A DNA stretch of 64,000 nt from Bdellovibrionaceae bacterium UBA2339 (GCA_002344785.1 DDUL01000033.1:43238-107237); one strand, 5' to 3'; positions 8,842-18,898 are shown, counted from the first letter of the stretch. The notes: generated from the letters alone by a model not told the origin. Made by a program: numbers and translations.

Positions 8842-10515
8842 ATGTCTTCTGTAGGGTCAGCCGACAAGCGATCAGGGCAAGACGAAGTCACTCGCGCCGC
8901 GCGCGAATCCTATCAACAAAAAGAAGCTGAACAGGCGAAGCGTCACGCGCAAGCCATGAAGCGCATGGCGGAAGCTCATCAAAAAGAAATTGCGGAGCTC
9001 GAAGCTCAGCATAATCGGCAAATGTCAGAGTTGAAGGATCGCGCCAGTGAGGCGATCTCTGCTCGAGACCTTCGGTACCAGAAGGAGATGGAAGAGCTTC
9101 GAGCCATGCATCAAAAAAATGTTCAGCGTCAGGCCAATGAGTCTGAGACGGCGAGAAGGCAGATTGAATCGGCTTACAAGAGCCAAGCCGAAGCGACCAA
9201 GGCGGCACAGACCCAACAGACCGAACTGATGCGAGGTCAGTTCACGGAAGATCTCAAGAAAAAAGACGCTCAGTTTGAGGATTTTGCCAAGCGAACTCGA
9301 GAGACTTCGCAGAAGTCCTTAGGTGAAACGCGGACAAAATTGACCCAGGCTCACGAAGAAGAAAAGTCCGTCATCATTAGTGATCGAAATCGGATGTTGG
9401 CGCAGCAGCAGCGAAACCAATCCGAACTCCGCCGTGCCAAAGATGCTCAGATGGCGGCGCTTGAGCGAGAAAAGCGTAATCAACTGGAATCTCAAAGAGT
9501 GCAAAGCCAGATTACTCTGGAAGATGAGCGACAAAACCATCGCATGGGTCTGGAAGAGGCCCGACACAACTTCGATGCGGGACTCAAATCGGCTCGAGAT
9601 CGATACCGGGACGCGATGGAGGAGAACGTTGAGGAAAATCAAAGAGCGCGATTGTCGTTTGAAGATAACGTCAATAAGCGCATGAATGATCGCGTGAATA
9701 CGGGTGAGGCGGAGAATCGCCGCTTGAAGTCCGAACTCACGCGCCAACAAGTGCGCATGAATCAACAAAAGGGTCGGGAAGTTCAAAACACTCGATCAGA
9801 GATGCAGAAGAATATTGATTTGCTCGAGAAGGCCCGACTTGAGTTGGTTGATGCGACCAACGAGAAGACGGCCGATGAGATCCGTCGCGTGAACAACTCA
9901 AATTCCGAGTTAATGGGACGTACGAATCGGTTCTATCAAGAGAAATTGATCATGGATCGAGCTCGAGCCGATGAACGGGTGGAACGCGCCAACGTTGATC
10001 ATGAGAAAAAGCTATCGCACACCGAAATCACCAATCGATCTCGGTTTGATAAGCTCTCAGCTCAAGCGGAGAGGGAAGAAAAGTCCATGCGGAACTTCTT
10101 TGAACAATCGTCGCTGGCTCAACGAGAAAACTTTGAAATGAGTTTGCGAGATTTGCGTGAACGAAATAAGCGCGACCAGGATCTGATCGTGGCGAACTTC
10201 TCTCGACAAGCCCGGGAGCGAGAAGAGAAGTTCCGTGAAAAGCTCGGCGAGATCACCTCGAAGCATGCCATCCAGGTTCAAGACCTGCAGCAAGATTCGG
10301 AGCGTCGAGAGCGGGAGCTTTTGACGTCGCATCAAAAGGAAAAGAAGGAGCTTGTGGCTCAAAAGAATCTTGAGATTCAGCGCCAAGCGACTCAGTATGA
10401 GAACCGAATCGCGAAGATGGAAGAGGCGCATAAACAGCAAGTGGATATCATGCAGCGACGTCACGAAGAGTCTTTGGCCAATATGACTCGCTCGAAGGCC
10501 GGCTCGAAGTCCTAA
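8842..10515 (+). CDS. coiled-coil-rich protein (IF-like/Ccrp-like candidate)
   Basis: 557-aa ORF with GGAGGAG upstream of ATG 8842. It is almost entirely Glu/Arg/Lys/Gln/Ala/Met-rich heptad-like sequence, with no signal peptide, TM segment or enzymatic motif. Confidence 0.7.
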   Translation: MSSVGSADKRSGQDEVTRAARESYQQKEAEQAKRHAQAMKRMAEAHQKEIAELEAQHNRQMSELKDRASEAISARDLRYQKEMEELRAMHQKNVQRQANESETARRQIESAYKSQAEATKAAQTQQTELMRGQFTEDLKKKDAQFEDFAKRTRETSQKSLGETRTKLTQAHEEEKSVIISDRNRMLAQQQRNQSELRRAKDAQMAALEREKRNQLESQRVQSQITLEDERQNHRMGLEEARHNFDAGLKSARDRYRDAMEENVEENQRARLSFEDNVNKRMNDRVNTGEAENRRLKSELTRQQVRMNQQKGREVQNTRSEMQKNIDLLEKARLELVDATNEKTADEIRRVNNSNSELMGRTNRFYQEKLIMDRARADERVERANVDHEKKLSHTEITNRSRFDKLSAQAEREEKSMRNFFEQSSLAQRENFEMSLRDLRERNKRDQDLIVANFSRQAREREEKFREKLGEITSKHAIQVQDLQQDSERRERELLTSHQKEKKELVAQKNLEIQRQATQYENRIAKMEEAHKQQVDIMQRRHEESLANMTRSKAGSKS

Positions 10516-10526
10516 GCTGAAATTTT

Positions 10527-10563
10527 GAGCTGAAGATCTGAGCCGAAGATCTGAGCCGAAGCG
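10527..10563. repeat. 13-bp tandem repeat, about 2.8 copies
   Basis: The copies are gagctgaagatct, gagccgaagatct and gagccgaagcg, located directly after the stop of 8842-10515. Confidence 0.8.
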
Positions 10564-10665
10564 TTCCTCGCCCCCGCGATGTGATCTCGAAAGAGATCGA
10601 AGTGAACGAATTGATTGAAGACAACTCGAAGATGAGCAATGACCTGACATCGGGTGGGGCACGTG

Positions 10666-12159
10666 ATGAATCGTCTAGCAGACCGTCGAACAAAAATTGT
10701 CGCCACAATTGGCCCGGCTACGAAAGGCCGGGAAAATCTGAAAAAAGCCATCATGGCGGGAATGAACGTTGCCCGTCTGAATTTCTCGCATGGAACGCAT
10801 GCTGAGCATGCCGAGGTCATTCGCGATTTGCGCGAATTGTCCTTGGAATTACGTGCGCCGATCACCCTGCTTCAAGATTTGCAAGGCCCTAAGATTCGTG
10901 TGGGTAAGTTTGAAAACGGCGCGATTGAACTCGAAGAGGGTTCAGAAGTCGTGGTCACGGTACGGGAGATCCTTGGCCGGCCCGGTTTAATCCCCTCGGA
11001 CTTTAAAGAACTGCCGGCCTCGTGCCAACCTGGCACGCGGATTATGCTGGATGACGGCTTACTTGAACTTAAAGTCGTGAAAGTCGGTCGCGAAGATGTT
11101 GAATGTGTTGTGATTTACGGTGGTGTTCTGAAGGATCGCAAGGGAATGAATATTCCTGGCGCTCACCTTCAAGTGGACTGTTTGACGTCTAAGGACTTGA
11201 AGGATCTGGAATTTGGAATTGCGCAAGGTGTGGACTTCATTGCCTTGTCATTTGTGCGAAGTGGCGGGGATATTCGTCGACTTCGTGAGTTGATTCAACA
11301 ACAGGGCTCAAGTGCTCGAATTGTCGCAAAAATTGAAATGCTTGAGGCGATTGAGGACCTTGAGGAGATCGTGCGACTCAGTGACGCGGTCATGGTGGCG
11401 CGTGGAGACTTGGCTGTTGAAGTCGGGCAGACGAGGCTGCCGCAAATCCAAAAGCAGATTGTTCAGTTGTGTAATCGCATCGGTCGACCGGTGATCACGG
11501 CAACACAAATGCTCGACTCGATGACGGACAATCCACGGCCAACTCGTGCCGAAATCACGGACGTCGCCAATGCGGTGTTAGATGGCAGTGATGCATTGAT
11601 GTTGTCGGCTGAGTCGGCGAGCGGAAAGTTTCCATTTCGATGCATTCAGACCATGCATGAAATTATCTTGGAAGTAGAACGTAACGGCGATTATTTCTAC
11701 GACATGCGGATGGAGGATCAGTTTTCTTCAGTGGCCGACGCGATCGCCGCCGCATCTGCGCTATCGGCTCAAAAGCTACAAGCCGAAGCCATTGTTTGTC
11801 TGACGACATCGGGGAAGACGGCGTCGATGATCGCTGGTTATCGACCTAAAGCGCGCATCATTGCGGTGACCCACATTCTTCCAACCTTAAATCGACTCGA
11901 ACTTGTATGGGGCATCCAAACCTTTAAGATCGATCCGTATTCGTCGTCCGACGAAGCCATGCAGCAAATCGAGAGAATGCTTTTGCAGTATGGCCTGGTG
12001 AAGCCTGGAGATCGTGTGATTCTCACTTTGGGAGTTCCGGTGTTAGAGCGTGGCACGACCAACGCACTACGCGTATACACCATCAATCGAGAGGATCTCA
12101 CTCGGCTCCCGGAGGCTGAATTGCCAACAAGGTGCAAAGTTCACTCGGCCTTAAGTTAG
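10666..12159 (+). CDS. pyk: pyruvate kinase
   Basis: The N-terminus MNRLADRRTKIVATIGPAT..MNVARLNFSHGTHAEH is present, along with GPKIR, MVARGDLAVE and the C-terminal regulatory domain. ATG 10666 follows GGGTGGGG, while the ORF-track start is GTG 10654. Confidence 0.93.
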   Translation: MNRLADRRTKIVATIGPATKGRENLKKAIMAGMNVARLNFSHGTHAEHAEVIRDLRELSLELRAPITLLQDLQGPKIRVGKFENGAIELEEGSEVVVTVREILGRPGLIPSDFKELPASCQPGTRIMLDDGLLELKVVKVGREDVECVVIYGGVLKDRKGMNIPGAHLQVDCLTSKDLKDLEFGIAQGVDFIALSFVRSGGDIRRLRELIQQQGSSARIVAKIEMLEAIEDLEEIVRLSDAVMVARGDLAVEVGQTRLPQIQKQIVQLCNRIGRPVITATQMLDSMTDNPRPTRAEITDVANAVLDGSDALMLSAESASGKFPFRCIQTMHEIILEVERNGDYFYDMRMEDQFSSVADAIAAASALSAQKLQAEAIVCLTTSGKTASMIAGYRPKARIIAVTHILPTLNRLELVWGIQTFKIDPYSSSDEAMQQIERMLLQYGLVKPGDRVILTLGVPVLERGTTNALRVYTINREDLTRLPEAELPTRCKVHSALS

Positions 12160-12161
12160 AA

Positions 12162-13661
12162 TCAACGACTCAACGACTGAAGTTGAATGCGCTGGCCTTG
12201 AAGTCTCTGAGGTAAGAGATCTTCGCAGATTCTAGCGACGGAGTTCTTCGAGCCTGAGCCGAGGTGTTGAAGCGTGATCGAGATTCCTTGTGGGCCCCAA
12301 TTCACAAAGGCTGGATAAATGAGACCTTTGATCCGACCCATGGAATCGAATTGAGCTTCACCCAAAATGCTTTCAAGCACAGGTTTTTGTGATGTCGCGG
12401 ATTGGTCGTGCTGAAGCTCGCGAGTCTTAAGTAGGACTTGAAGGCCGGCGTACAAGTAGGCAGCGTGAAAGTCAGGATCGCGACCAAAGGCATCTCGGTA
12501 ACTTCGAACAAATTCACAATTGTCGTTGGCTGCATTCGCCCGATCTTGTCCTAAAAACGGAATCCAGAAGTGAACATGAGTTTCTTCGCCGGCCTTTGAC
12601 TTCGGAGCAAAAGGGGCGAGCCTTCGGCCGTAGAGGATCAATTTATTCGCACTAATGAAGACTGGGTCATCGCGGAGGCTGTCGAGCCCTTCGTGACGAA
12701 AACTCAGCAAGGCGAGGCTAATGGGCTGAGATCCGACTCGACTCTTGAGCTCACTCCACGCCTTCAGCAATTCATGATTGGAAAATTCGATCACCTGAAC
12801 TTGCTCGGCTTGTTTCCGAAGTTCATCGAGACTTGCATCAAAATAATCCGTGCCTGGACCGCGGGCTTGTAGCACCCAAATGGGCCGTTTGAAAAAGGCC
12901 GGGCGATGCTGTTTAAAGTTTGCGAGATATTGACGGGAGTTTAGAAAAACGTGTCGAAATTCAGCATCAGCTGAAGCGTTGAGTTTGCGAAGTTCTTGAT
13001 CCACGCGATCATCGGCGAGCACTTGGGTCCAGAGTTGTGAGATTTTCGGCTGAGTCGCCAACCACTTGCGGGTCATTGCCGAATCAGGAGGAGAAAACAG
13101 CGCCTTTTGATGGGTCTGATCAGCTTGGTCGCTCGGCTCGATTCGCTGGGAGTTGTACTTCACCTCGTTCGGTCCTGATCCGTTTTGCATGAACTTGAGC
13201 AGAGCTTGATTGAACTCCTCCCAAGTCTTGGGGCCCGGCTCGCTCGGCAAATCGAAAGTCAGGAAGTGAACTTGAGGGTGTCGGCGAGCGAATAATTCTG
13301 CAGCCTGATCAAGATACTGATTTTTACCCATACCCAGGATGCGAGGCCGAAGAATCCGAATTGAATTTTGAGTTGGGGTCTTGGGGCGGTGGATTCTGGG
13401 ATCTTGTGAGGGATCCGTCTGTGGGGCGGTTTGGCTCGGAGTCACCTGTGAGTGTTTGATGTTGGGGCCCGAACAAGCCGTGGCCGCGAGAGCTATGAGG
13501 CAAAGTTGAATGGGGTAGAGCCAAAGATGGGGCGGTACCCTGGCGCCTATGCCATGTGAGAGGTTTGAAGGGGCGTGACGGCCTACAAGTTTGAGACTCT
13601 CAAGTGCCCTTGGACACTTTGCGTTTGTCGAAATTGAAATGGAGGGTTCTAATAGTGACAT
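12162..13661 (-). CDS. hypothetical membrane-anchored periplasmic protein (C-terminal part reminiscent of type-1 periplasmic-binding fold)
   Basis: Long ORF converging on pyk with a 2-nt gap. It has a hydrophobic segment LWLYPIQLCLIALAATAC. The C-terminal FVRSYRDAFGRDPDFHAAYLYAGLQVLL resembles LivK-type binding proteins only by eye. The start is uncertain (ATG 13682 or 13661), and there is no in-frame start closer to the hydrophobic segment. Confidence 0.5.
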   Translation of the reverse strand: MSLLEPSISISTNAKCPRALESLKLVGRHAPSNLSHGIGARVPPHLWLYPIQLCLIALAATACSGPNIKHSQVTPSQTAPQTDPSQDPRIHRPKTPTQNSIRILRPRILGMGKNQYLDQAAELFARRHPQVHFLTFDLPSEPGPKTWEEFNQALLKFMQNGSGPNEVKYNSQRIEPSDQADQTHQKALFSPPDSAMTRKWLATQPKISQLWTQVLADDRVDQELRKLNASADAEFRHVFLNSRQYLANFKQHRPAFFKRPIWVLQARGPGTDYFDASLDELRKQAEQVQVIEFSNHELLKAWSELKSRVGSQPISLALLSFRHEGLDSLRDDPVFISANKLILYGRRLAPFAPKSKAGEETHVHFWIPFLGQDRANAANDNCEFVRSYRDAFGRDPDFHAAYLYAGLQVLLKTRELQHDQSATSQKPVLESILGEAQFDSMGRIKGLIYPAFVNWGPQGISITLQHLGSGSKNSVARICEDLLPQRLQGQRIQLQSLSR

Positions 13662-15141
13662 GGCCAACGATCGCACTCCCATTGAGTCAAAAGGTGTATT
13701 GGCCTCATTGATGTTATTCCTCGCGCTGAGCTTTGCAAGATTGTTCGCTCAGCCCGATCGCATTCATCGACTCTCGGCTGAGGCTTGGTCGGAAGGATTG
13801 ATGCTGCCAGCTCCTTGGTGGCCTGACTTTCTGTCTGGACTCATTCCCGATACCTCAACCCATATTCGCATTGTCGCAGCTTTGACATTGGCCCTCGTCG
13901 TGGGGCTGCAATTTTTGATGTTTTCCATGGCTACGGATCGCGGCAACTCGGAGTCGCCGCGCGCCATGCGGATGTGGCAAGTGGCGCATAGCCTGTTTTG
14001 TGCGGCCTTCATGTGGCGAGTTTTTCAGTATGGCTCGTCGGTCAGTGAATTTGAAGTCTACGATCATGTGTTCGGAATCCTCGCCTTTGCCTATCTTTTG
14101 GGTGGGCGTTTCCAGATCGAGCGAATTTGGTTCGCCCTAGCCGGCGTGTATTTTTTGAGTGCGTTAGCGAAACTCAATCCCTCTTGGTTGAGTGGTCGGA
14201 TCTTCACTACGACACAAGAGATGTTGGCGTTTCTTCCGGAAGTGGCTTGGATTGTACAATTGGCGTGTCTCCTCCTCGTGTTCATCGAGTTCGTCGTGCC
14301 CGGATTCTTTTTCTCAATCAGCGAGAGACGAAGACGATGGGCGTGGTGGACATTTATAGGCTTTCACGCCTACTCATTCTTTCTCATTGATTATCGCTTT
14401 CCGGGTCTCATGTTGACCTTCCTTATGGCCGTCGGGTTGAGCGGGCTTGGAAAATTCCCAGACCGTGATCGGCTCATTCAGTCATTCAAGTGGACATCGA
14501 GCGGCCGCGCTGAGACTCTCAAAACTTGGTCAGTGGCTGGGCTCATCTTGGGGATGATTGGTTCATCACTCATTTCAACTTTAAATCCGGGCGCGCGCGT
14601 GTTGACGATGCAGGGTCGATCAGCCGGCCTTTTCATGTTCGATGTGAACACCAATTGTCGAGTGAGTCTTCAGCTTCGCCGGCAAATCTCACAGGCTGAG
14701 GAAAGCTTTCAAATCATTCACACATCAGGCTATCGCGAGAATATGCGACTTGCTGATGGAGGCTCGGAGCCAAAGTCGCGCGATCGAATCGAGATATCCC
14801 TGAACTCACAAAGAATCCGACTCGACGCAAATGCCTATGGGAATATCTATGCCGGATTGAATCCTTCGTCAGGAAACCGAAATCTTCTCTACAATCGCGG
14901 TTTGATTTGTTCGGACTCAAGAAGAGTTTGTTGTGACCCCCAAGTGTACGCTCACTTTCTATCTCGACAGCTTCAACAAGGAAAGTGGGATGAGGTCGGT
15001 CTGAAAATTGAGGCGGATCTCAATGGTTGGCAGAAGTGGTGGACGGTGGTTGATCTCAACAATATTCGAAGCCTCGATCAATTGAAGTTCGAATTCTCCA
15101 ATCCTCCGGAAGACTACCCAGCGGAGTATCGATGGCCGTAG
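13660..15141 (+). CDS. polytopic membrane protein, possibly HTTM (vitamin-K-carboxylase-like) domain, with soluble C-terminal domain
   Basis: The first ~330 aa contain at least 8 hydrophobic segments. YFLSALAKLNPSWLSGRIF resembles the K-L-x-x-x-W-L-x-G stretch of HTTM domains (weak). The C-terminal ~180 aa is soluble. The start is ambiguous (TTG 13591, ATG 13639, ATG 13660 with GAGGG upstream). Confidence 0.55.
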   Translation: MANDRTPIESKGVLASLMLFLALSFARLFAQPDRIHRLSAEAWSEGLMLPAPWWPDFLSGLIPDTSTHIRIVAALTLALVVGLQFLMFSMATDRGNSESPRAMRMWQVAHSLFCAAFMWRVFQYGSSVSEFEVYDHVFGILAFAYLLGGRFQIERIWFALAGVYFLSALAKLNPSWLSGRIFTTTQEMLAFLPEVAWIVQLACLLLVFIEFVVPGFFFSISERRRRWAWWTFIGFHAYSFFLIDYRFPGLMLTFLMAVGLSGLGKFPDRDRLIQSFKWTSSGRAETLKTWSVAGLILGMIGSSLISTLNPGARVLTMQGRSAGLFMFDVNTNCRVSLQLRRQISQAEESFQIIHTSGYRENMRLADGGSEPKSRDRIEISLNSQRIRLDANAYGNIYAGLNPSSGNRNLLYNRGLICSDSRRVCCDPQVYAHFLSRQLQQGKWDEVGLKIEADLNGWQKWWTVVDLNNIRSLDQLKFEFSNPPEDYPAEYRWP

Positions 15142-17807
15142 GCGATCTTCAACAGTCTGGAGCTTCTTCGCAAGAAGTGAGCGAGGTCACCAAGATCTCT
15201 ATGCCGAGGCTTGATTTATTCAAGTCAGCCCTTGGGGCTATGGCCATGGTGAGCTTGCAGTTCGTGCAACATGAATTGGCCAAGTTGCTCCTACCTCAAA
15301 CCGCTTGGCTTCACCATCTCGTGTTGCTGCTCATATTTGTCGGCTTTGCGGCCGGGCATTTGCCTTGGGTTCATCGCCTGATAGGCCCACGCCAAAGCCT
15401 GGCGTTGGGATCATTGTTCCTGCTCTTGCCGTTCGCATTGAGTTCCATCGTCGAGTTTTGCCAAGCGGAGTTCGTGGGGCGAGCAACTTTCATTCTGTTC
15501 TTGGTGTGGTCGTCGATCGTCATGGGAGTTCAGGTTCTTCGAAATGTCTATGTAGGACTAGGATTCTTGTCTCCCTATCAGGCCTTCAATTTCCTGGCGG
15601 CCTTCACTTGGTTGAGCCTGTTTGGACTGCATATGATTTGGGGCTGGGTGCCGCTTGCTGTTCTGACGGGTGGGACCTTGATGGCAATTGGTCTTGGCGA
15701 AGTCAGGGGCTGGCTCCTTCCGCGTGCGCTTGAAATCCGAGCGCGACTCTTTGATTCCACCTCGGTCTACTTTGGGATTTGTGCTTCATTGTTTACGTCG
15801 GTTGTTCTTGAGGCCACGCGGATTGCGCTTTTCCCGACGGGGCTAGAGTTTGTCGCATTCCAGTTTGTCATTTTCGTCATGCTCGGCCTGGCCGCAACAA
15901 TTTCGCTACGCTCAAGGTTTTCGGTTCTCAATTCCTCGTTGATGAACCTCACTTTGGGTACGGGGGCCGCCGCCGTCGTGTTCATGAGTTTGAGTTGGTC
16001 AGCCGACTCGGTGAAGCTATGGCTGAGGCTATCGGATTTGTTTCCCATCGATAATTTGCGGATACAAAACCTCGTCTGGGTCAGTGTTTTCATGTTGCCC
16101 TATTTCTTTTTTGCGCGGCTTCTGCCACATCGTGAACGTGAGTCAGCTGAGGTTTCTGTTGCGTTACCTGGTGAACCTTCGGGTGCGCGGCCCAATCATC
16201 TCTTTAGCTTTGCTTGTGGAAATGCGATGGGATACGCGCTCTTTATCTTTGCGCTGATCGATTTTGACCTGAGCTTCGCCATCTTGACATTGATCGGTAT
16301 GACGATTTTGGCGGTCGTTGTGATGTCGAAGGCGCTTACCCCAAACCAAGTTCGTTACATAACGATGGCGCTCGCGGCCTTCATGCTGATTTTGGGCGCT
16401 TATGTGTGGAAGGGATTTGATCTCGATCGGGCTCTCATTCTCCAGGGCCGTAGTCTTTTGACACGCGCACACTTACGAACTGAGTCGCCGCCTGAGCATT
16501 TAGGATGGCTCCAAGGGATCTTTCGTCGGCGTGGAGATCGCGGATACGTTCTCCATCGATCACAAGGAAATGCATCGTTGGGTTTAGGCGGCTATAATTC
16601 GCGATTGTATCAACCCTTCGACGTCCTGAGGTCACGGTTGATTCATCATCCGTTCTTCAGTCAACGATCGCGGCCTCTCGTATTTGGAATGGGCAATGGA
16701 CTCGCATTTGAAGGTTTGCTGAAGCAAGGTGATCCCCAAAGAGTTCGTGTCGTTGATAACTTTGCGCCATTTGAGTTGAAGGAGTTCAGAGATCTCATTC
16801 GGCATCATACGCTGACGACTGAGAATAATTTGAAGGTCACACTCACTTCTCAAGACGCCCTGACTGAGCTTTTTGTATCTGATGAACGCCATGATCTCAT
16901 TGTTTGGAATTTGACTTGGCCAAGCTACTCAGCTTCTCGGAAGTTGTTGACTCAGGAAGTCTTTGCGCGGATTTCGCAACGTTTATCCGATGATGGCATT
17001 TTTGTTTTTGAACGACTTCCGAGCCGTGATTATGACTGCCTTGTCGCGACGACCTTTTCACATGTCTATCAGTTTCCCGGACAAGGATTTTATCCCGCCG
17101 CACTCTTGTTGGCGGCAAATTCTGAGATCTCCGAGCTCAACATTTTTCCCAAGCTTGATCGAGAGCGTAACTGCGCGTCCTGGCACACGCCCACGTGGGT
17201 CGAACCCTTTCGACTTGGTAAACACATCTATGGATTTGATTTTGGCCTGACAAGGATTCCGCAGACTTGGAATGGACCGCTTGCTGGTGAGATCAGTCCG
17301 GAGTGGAGTTATCTTGTCAGCATGAGTCGCGCGAATGCACAAAGTGGATTTCCAATCTACGTCCTGGATATGCATCTTCCGCATGCGGAACCAAGTGAAA
17401 ACCAATGGTGGAAAACGATTTGGCCGACTGAGATTGCCAAAGCCAAGCGTTCTGGGACCAAGCCTACAATTGACAGCTTTACGATCCACCCGCCGGACAC
17501 GCTAAACCTGACGCAAGTTGAGCGATACAGAGATGCGGTGGTGCTTCAGCGACTTGTGAAGCGATTCGGGATCTGGACAAATCTTCGATGTGAAGAACTC
17601 AAAGGACTTCGGAATCGACTCAATGACTCGACATGGATCTGGACGCCTTGGCCAAGTTGTGTTGATGAAAAGCGGGGTATTTTTCTTGGAGCGAAGTGGG
17701 CTGATATCGATCACTCTCTAAATGCTCATGGTGGTCGAAAAGAGCCCCGGCAATCGCCTCATGATCCTCCAACCTTGCCGCAAAATATGGAGGGTTCGGT
17801 CGATTGA
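15132..17807 (+). CDS. fused polytopic membrane / spermidine-synthase-like (Rossmann MTase fold) protein
   Basis: 891 aa, and ATG 15132 overlaps the upstream stop by 10 nt. About 12 or more TM segments occupy the N-terminal half. A spermidine-synthase-like layout follows: VFGMGNGLAFEGLL (GxGxG), VRVVDNF, LTSQDALTEL, DLIVWNLTWP, DDGIFVF. Confidence 0.7.
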   Translation: MAVGDLQQSGASSQEVSEVTKISMPRLDLFKSALGAMAMVSLQFVQHELAKLLLPQTAWLHHLVLLLIFVGFAAGHLPWVHRLIGPRQSLALGSLFLLLPFALSSIVEFCQAEFVGRATFILFLVWSSIVMGVQVLRNVYVGLGFLSPYQAFNFLAAFTWLSLFGLHMIWGWVPLAVLTGGTLMAIGLGEVRGWLLPRALEIRARLFDSTSVYFGICASLFTSVVLEATRIALFPTGLEFVAFQFVIFVMLGLAATISLRSRFSVLNSSLMNLTLGTGAAAVVFMSLSWSADSVKLWLRLSDLFPIDNLRIQNLVWVSVFMLPYFFFARLLPHRERESAEVSVALPGEPSGARPNHLFSFACGNAMGYALFIFALIDFDLSFAILTLIGMTILAVVVMSKALTPNQVRYITMALAAFMLILGAYVWKGFDLDRALILQGRSLLTRAHLRTESPPEHLGWLQGIFRRRGDRGYVLHRSQGNASLGLGGYNSRLYQPFDVLRSRLIHHPFFSQRSRPLVFGMGNGLAFEGLLKQGDPQRVRVVDNFAPFELKEFRDLIRHHTLTTENNLKVTLTSQDALTELFVSDERHDLIVWNLTWPSYSASRKLLTQEVFARISQRLSDDGIFVFERLPSRDYDCLVATTFSHVYQFPGQGFYPAALLLAANSEISELNIFPKLDRERNCASWHTPTWVEPFRLGKHIYGFDFGLTRIPQTWNGPLAGEISPEWSYLVSMSRANAQSGFPIYVLDMHLPHAEPSENQWWKTIWPTEIAKAKRSGTKPTIDSFTIHPPDTLNLTQVERYRDAVVLQRLVKRFGIWTNLRCEELKGLRNRLNDSTWIWTPWPSCVDEKRGIFLGAKWADIDHSLNAHGGRKEPRQSPHDPPTLPQNMEGSVD

Positions 17808-18898
17808 GTTCTTTGGATGGACGTTCTTTTGTTGTGCCTAAGGGTTCGCGTGGGTTGCGAATCTTGACTCGCTTGGCGTGGGTATTGGTGATTCTCATTT
17901 CCTTAGGCGAGCTGCTGGCTCGCTTGATCGCGCCAGTTCATGAGACTCGACAACTGAGCTCTTCGGGTTCACTCTACCAGCGACATGATCGTGTCGGCTA
18001 CCGCCTCTATCCCAACATAGAATCGAAGGTGCAACTTCTTGAGGGCAGTCGAAGTGTCTTTACGGTGACATATCGGACTGACGAGTTTGGTCGGCGACGG
18101 CATTCGCCTGCTTCCTCTTCGGTCATTGCGCGGCCAAGATTTCTTGCGATTTTTGGTGCATCGACGGCCTTTGGCATGGGTCTCGAAGATGAGGAAACCC
18201 TCGCATACTTTCTTCATACGCAAGCCACCCGCTACGAGGTGTTCAATTATGCGGCCGATGGTTATGGACCGCAGTCTGCGTTCGCACTGGTCGATGCAAA
18301 CGTTTTGCAGGATGAGGTCGTCCAAGATCGAGGAATCGCAATCTATGTGCTGCAGCTGTTGCCGGGCGTGGGCGGGCATGCGCAGACGATGTCGGCAAGT
18401 TTTGAACTGACGATGGCGCGTTGGGGAGAGTCGCTCACTTTCTATGATCTCGATGCGAGTGGTCGCCCCATGCTTCGCGGAACTCTTCGAGATGTATCGC
18501 CGCTTCGATTCTACGCATTTCGATTTCTACAAAATTTCCAGCTTCTCAATTTGTTGTGGCCCTACGTGAAAGCCAAAGAGCCCGACCTCGATCGAGATCT
18601 CACGCTGATGTTGCGGGCTTGGGGCGAGGGGGTTCGTCGAAGTAAACCCATGAGCCGCGCTGTTGTGGTGATTCACCCCTTTTCAGACCCGAACCTATCC
18701 GCCCAGTTCGTTCATGTCTGGCACTCGATGCCAACAGATCGAATGAGCTTGTTTGATTATTCGAATCGTCTTTCAGAACAGCAGAAGCAAGGATATGTCG
18801 CCTTTAATAAATTCATTGCTCACCCCAATGCTGAACTCAACGAGATCCTATCAAAGTGGCTAGTCCAGGATTTGAATCTAAGTGGGGAGAACCCATGA
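17804..18898 (+). CDS. membrane-anchored SGNH/GDSL-like protein (weak family call)
   Basis: TTG 17804 overlaps the upstream stop (TTGA). TM anchor LAWVLVILISLGELLA. FLAIFGASTAFGMG resembles SGNH block I (GDSxxxG) with Asp replaced by Ala. Confidence 0.55.
   Translation: MSSLDGRSFVVPKGSRGLRILTRLAWVLVILISLGELLARLIAPVHETRQLSSSGSLYQRHDRVGYRLYPNIESKVQLLEGSRSVFTVTYRTDEFGRRRHSPASSSVIARPRFLAIFGASTAFGMGLEDEETLAYFLHTQATRYEVFNYAADGYGPQSAFALVDANVLQDEVVQDRGIAIYVLQLLPGVGGHAQTMSASFELTMARWGESLTFYDLDASGRPMLRGTLRDVSPLRFYAFRFLQNFQLLNLLWPYVKAKEPDLDRDLTLMLRAWGEGVRRSKPMSRAVVVIHPFSDPNLSAQFVHVWHSMPTDRMSLFDYSNRLSEQQKQGYVAFNKFIAHPNAELNEILSKWLVQDLNLSGENP

Noticed and set aside
10527-10563. Possible mini-CRISPR array
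   Set aside because: The 13-bp units are contiguous with no spacers, are far shorter than CRISPR repeats, and no cas genes are present.
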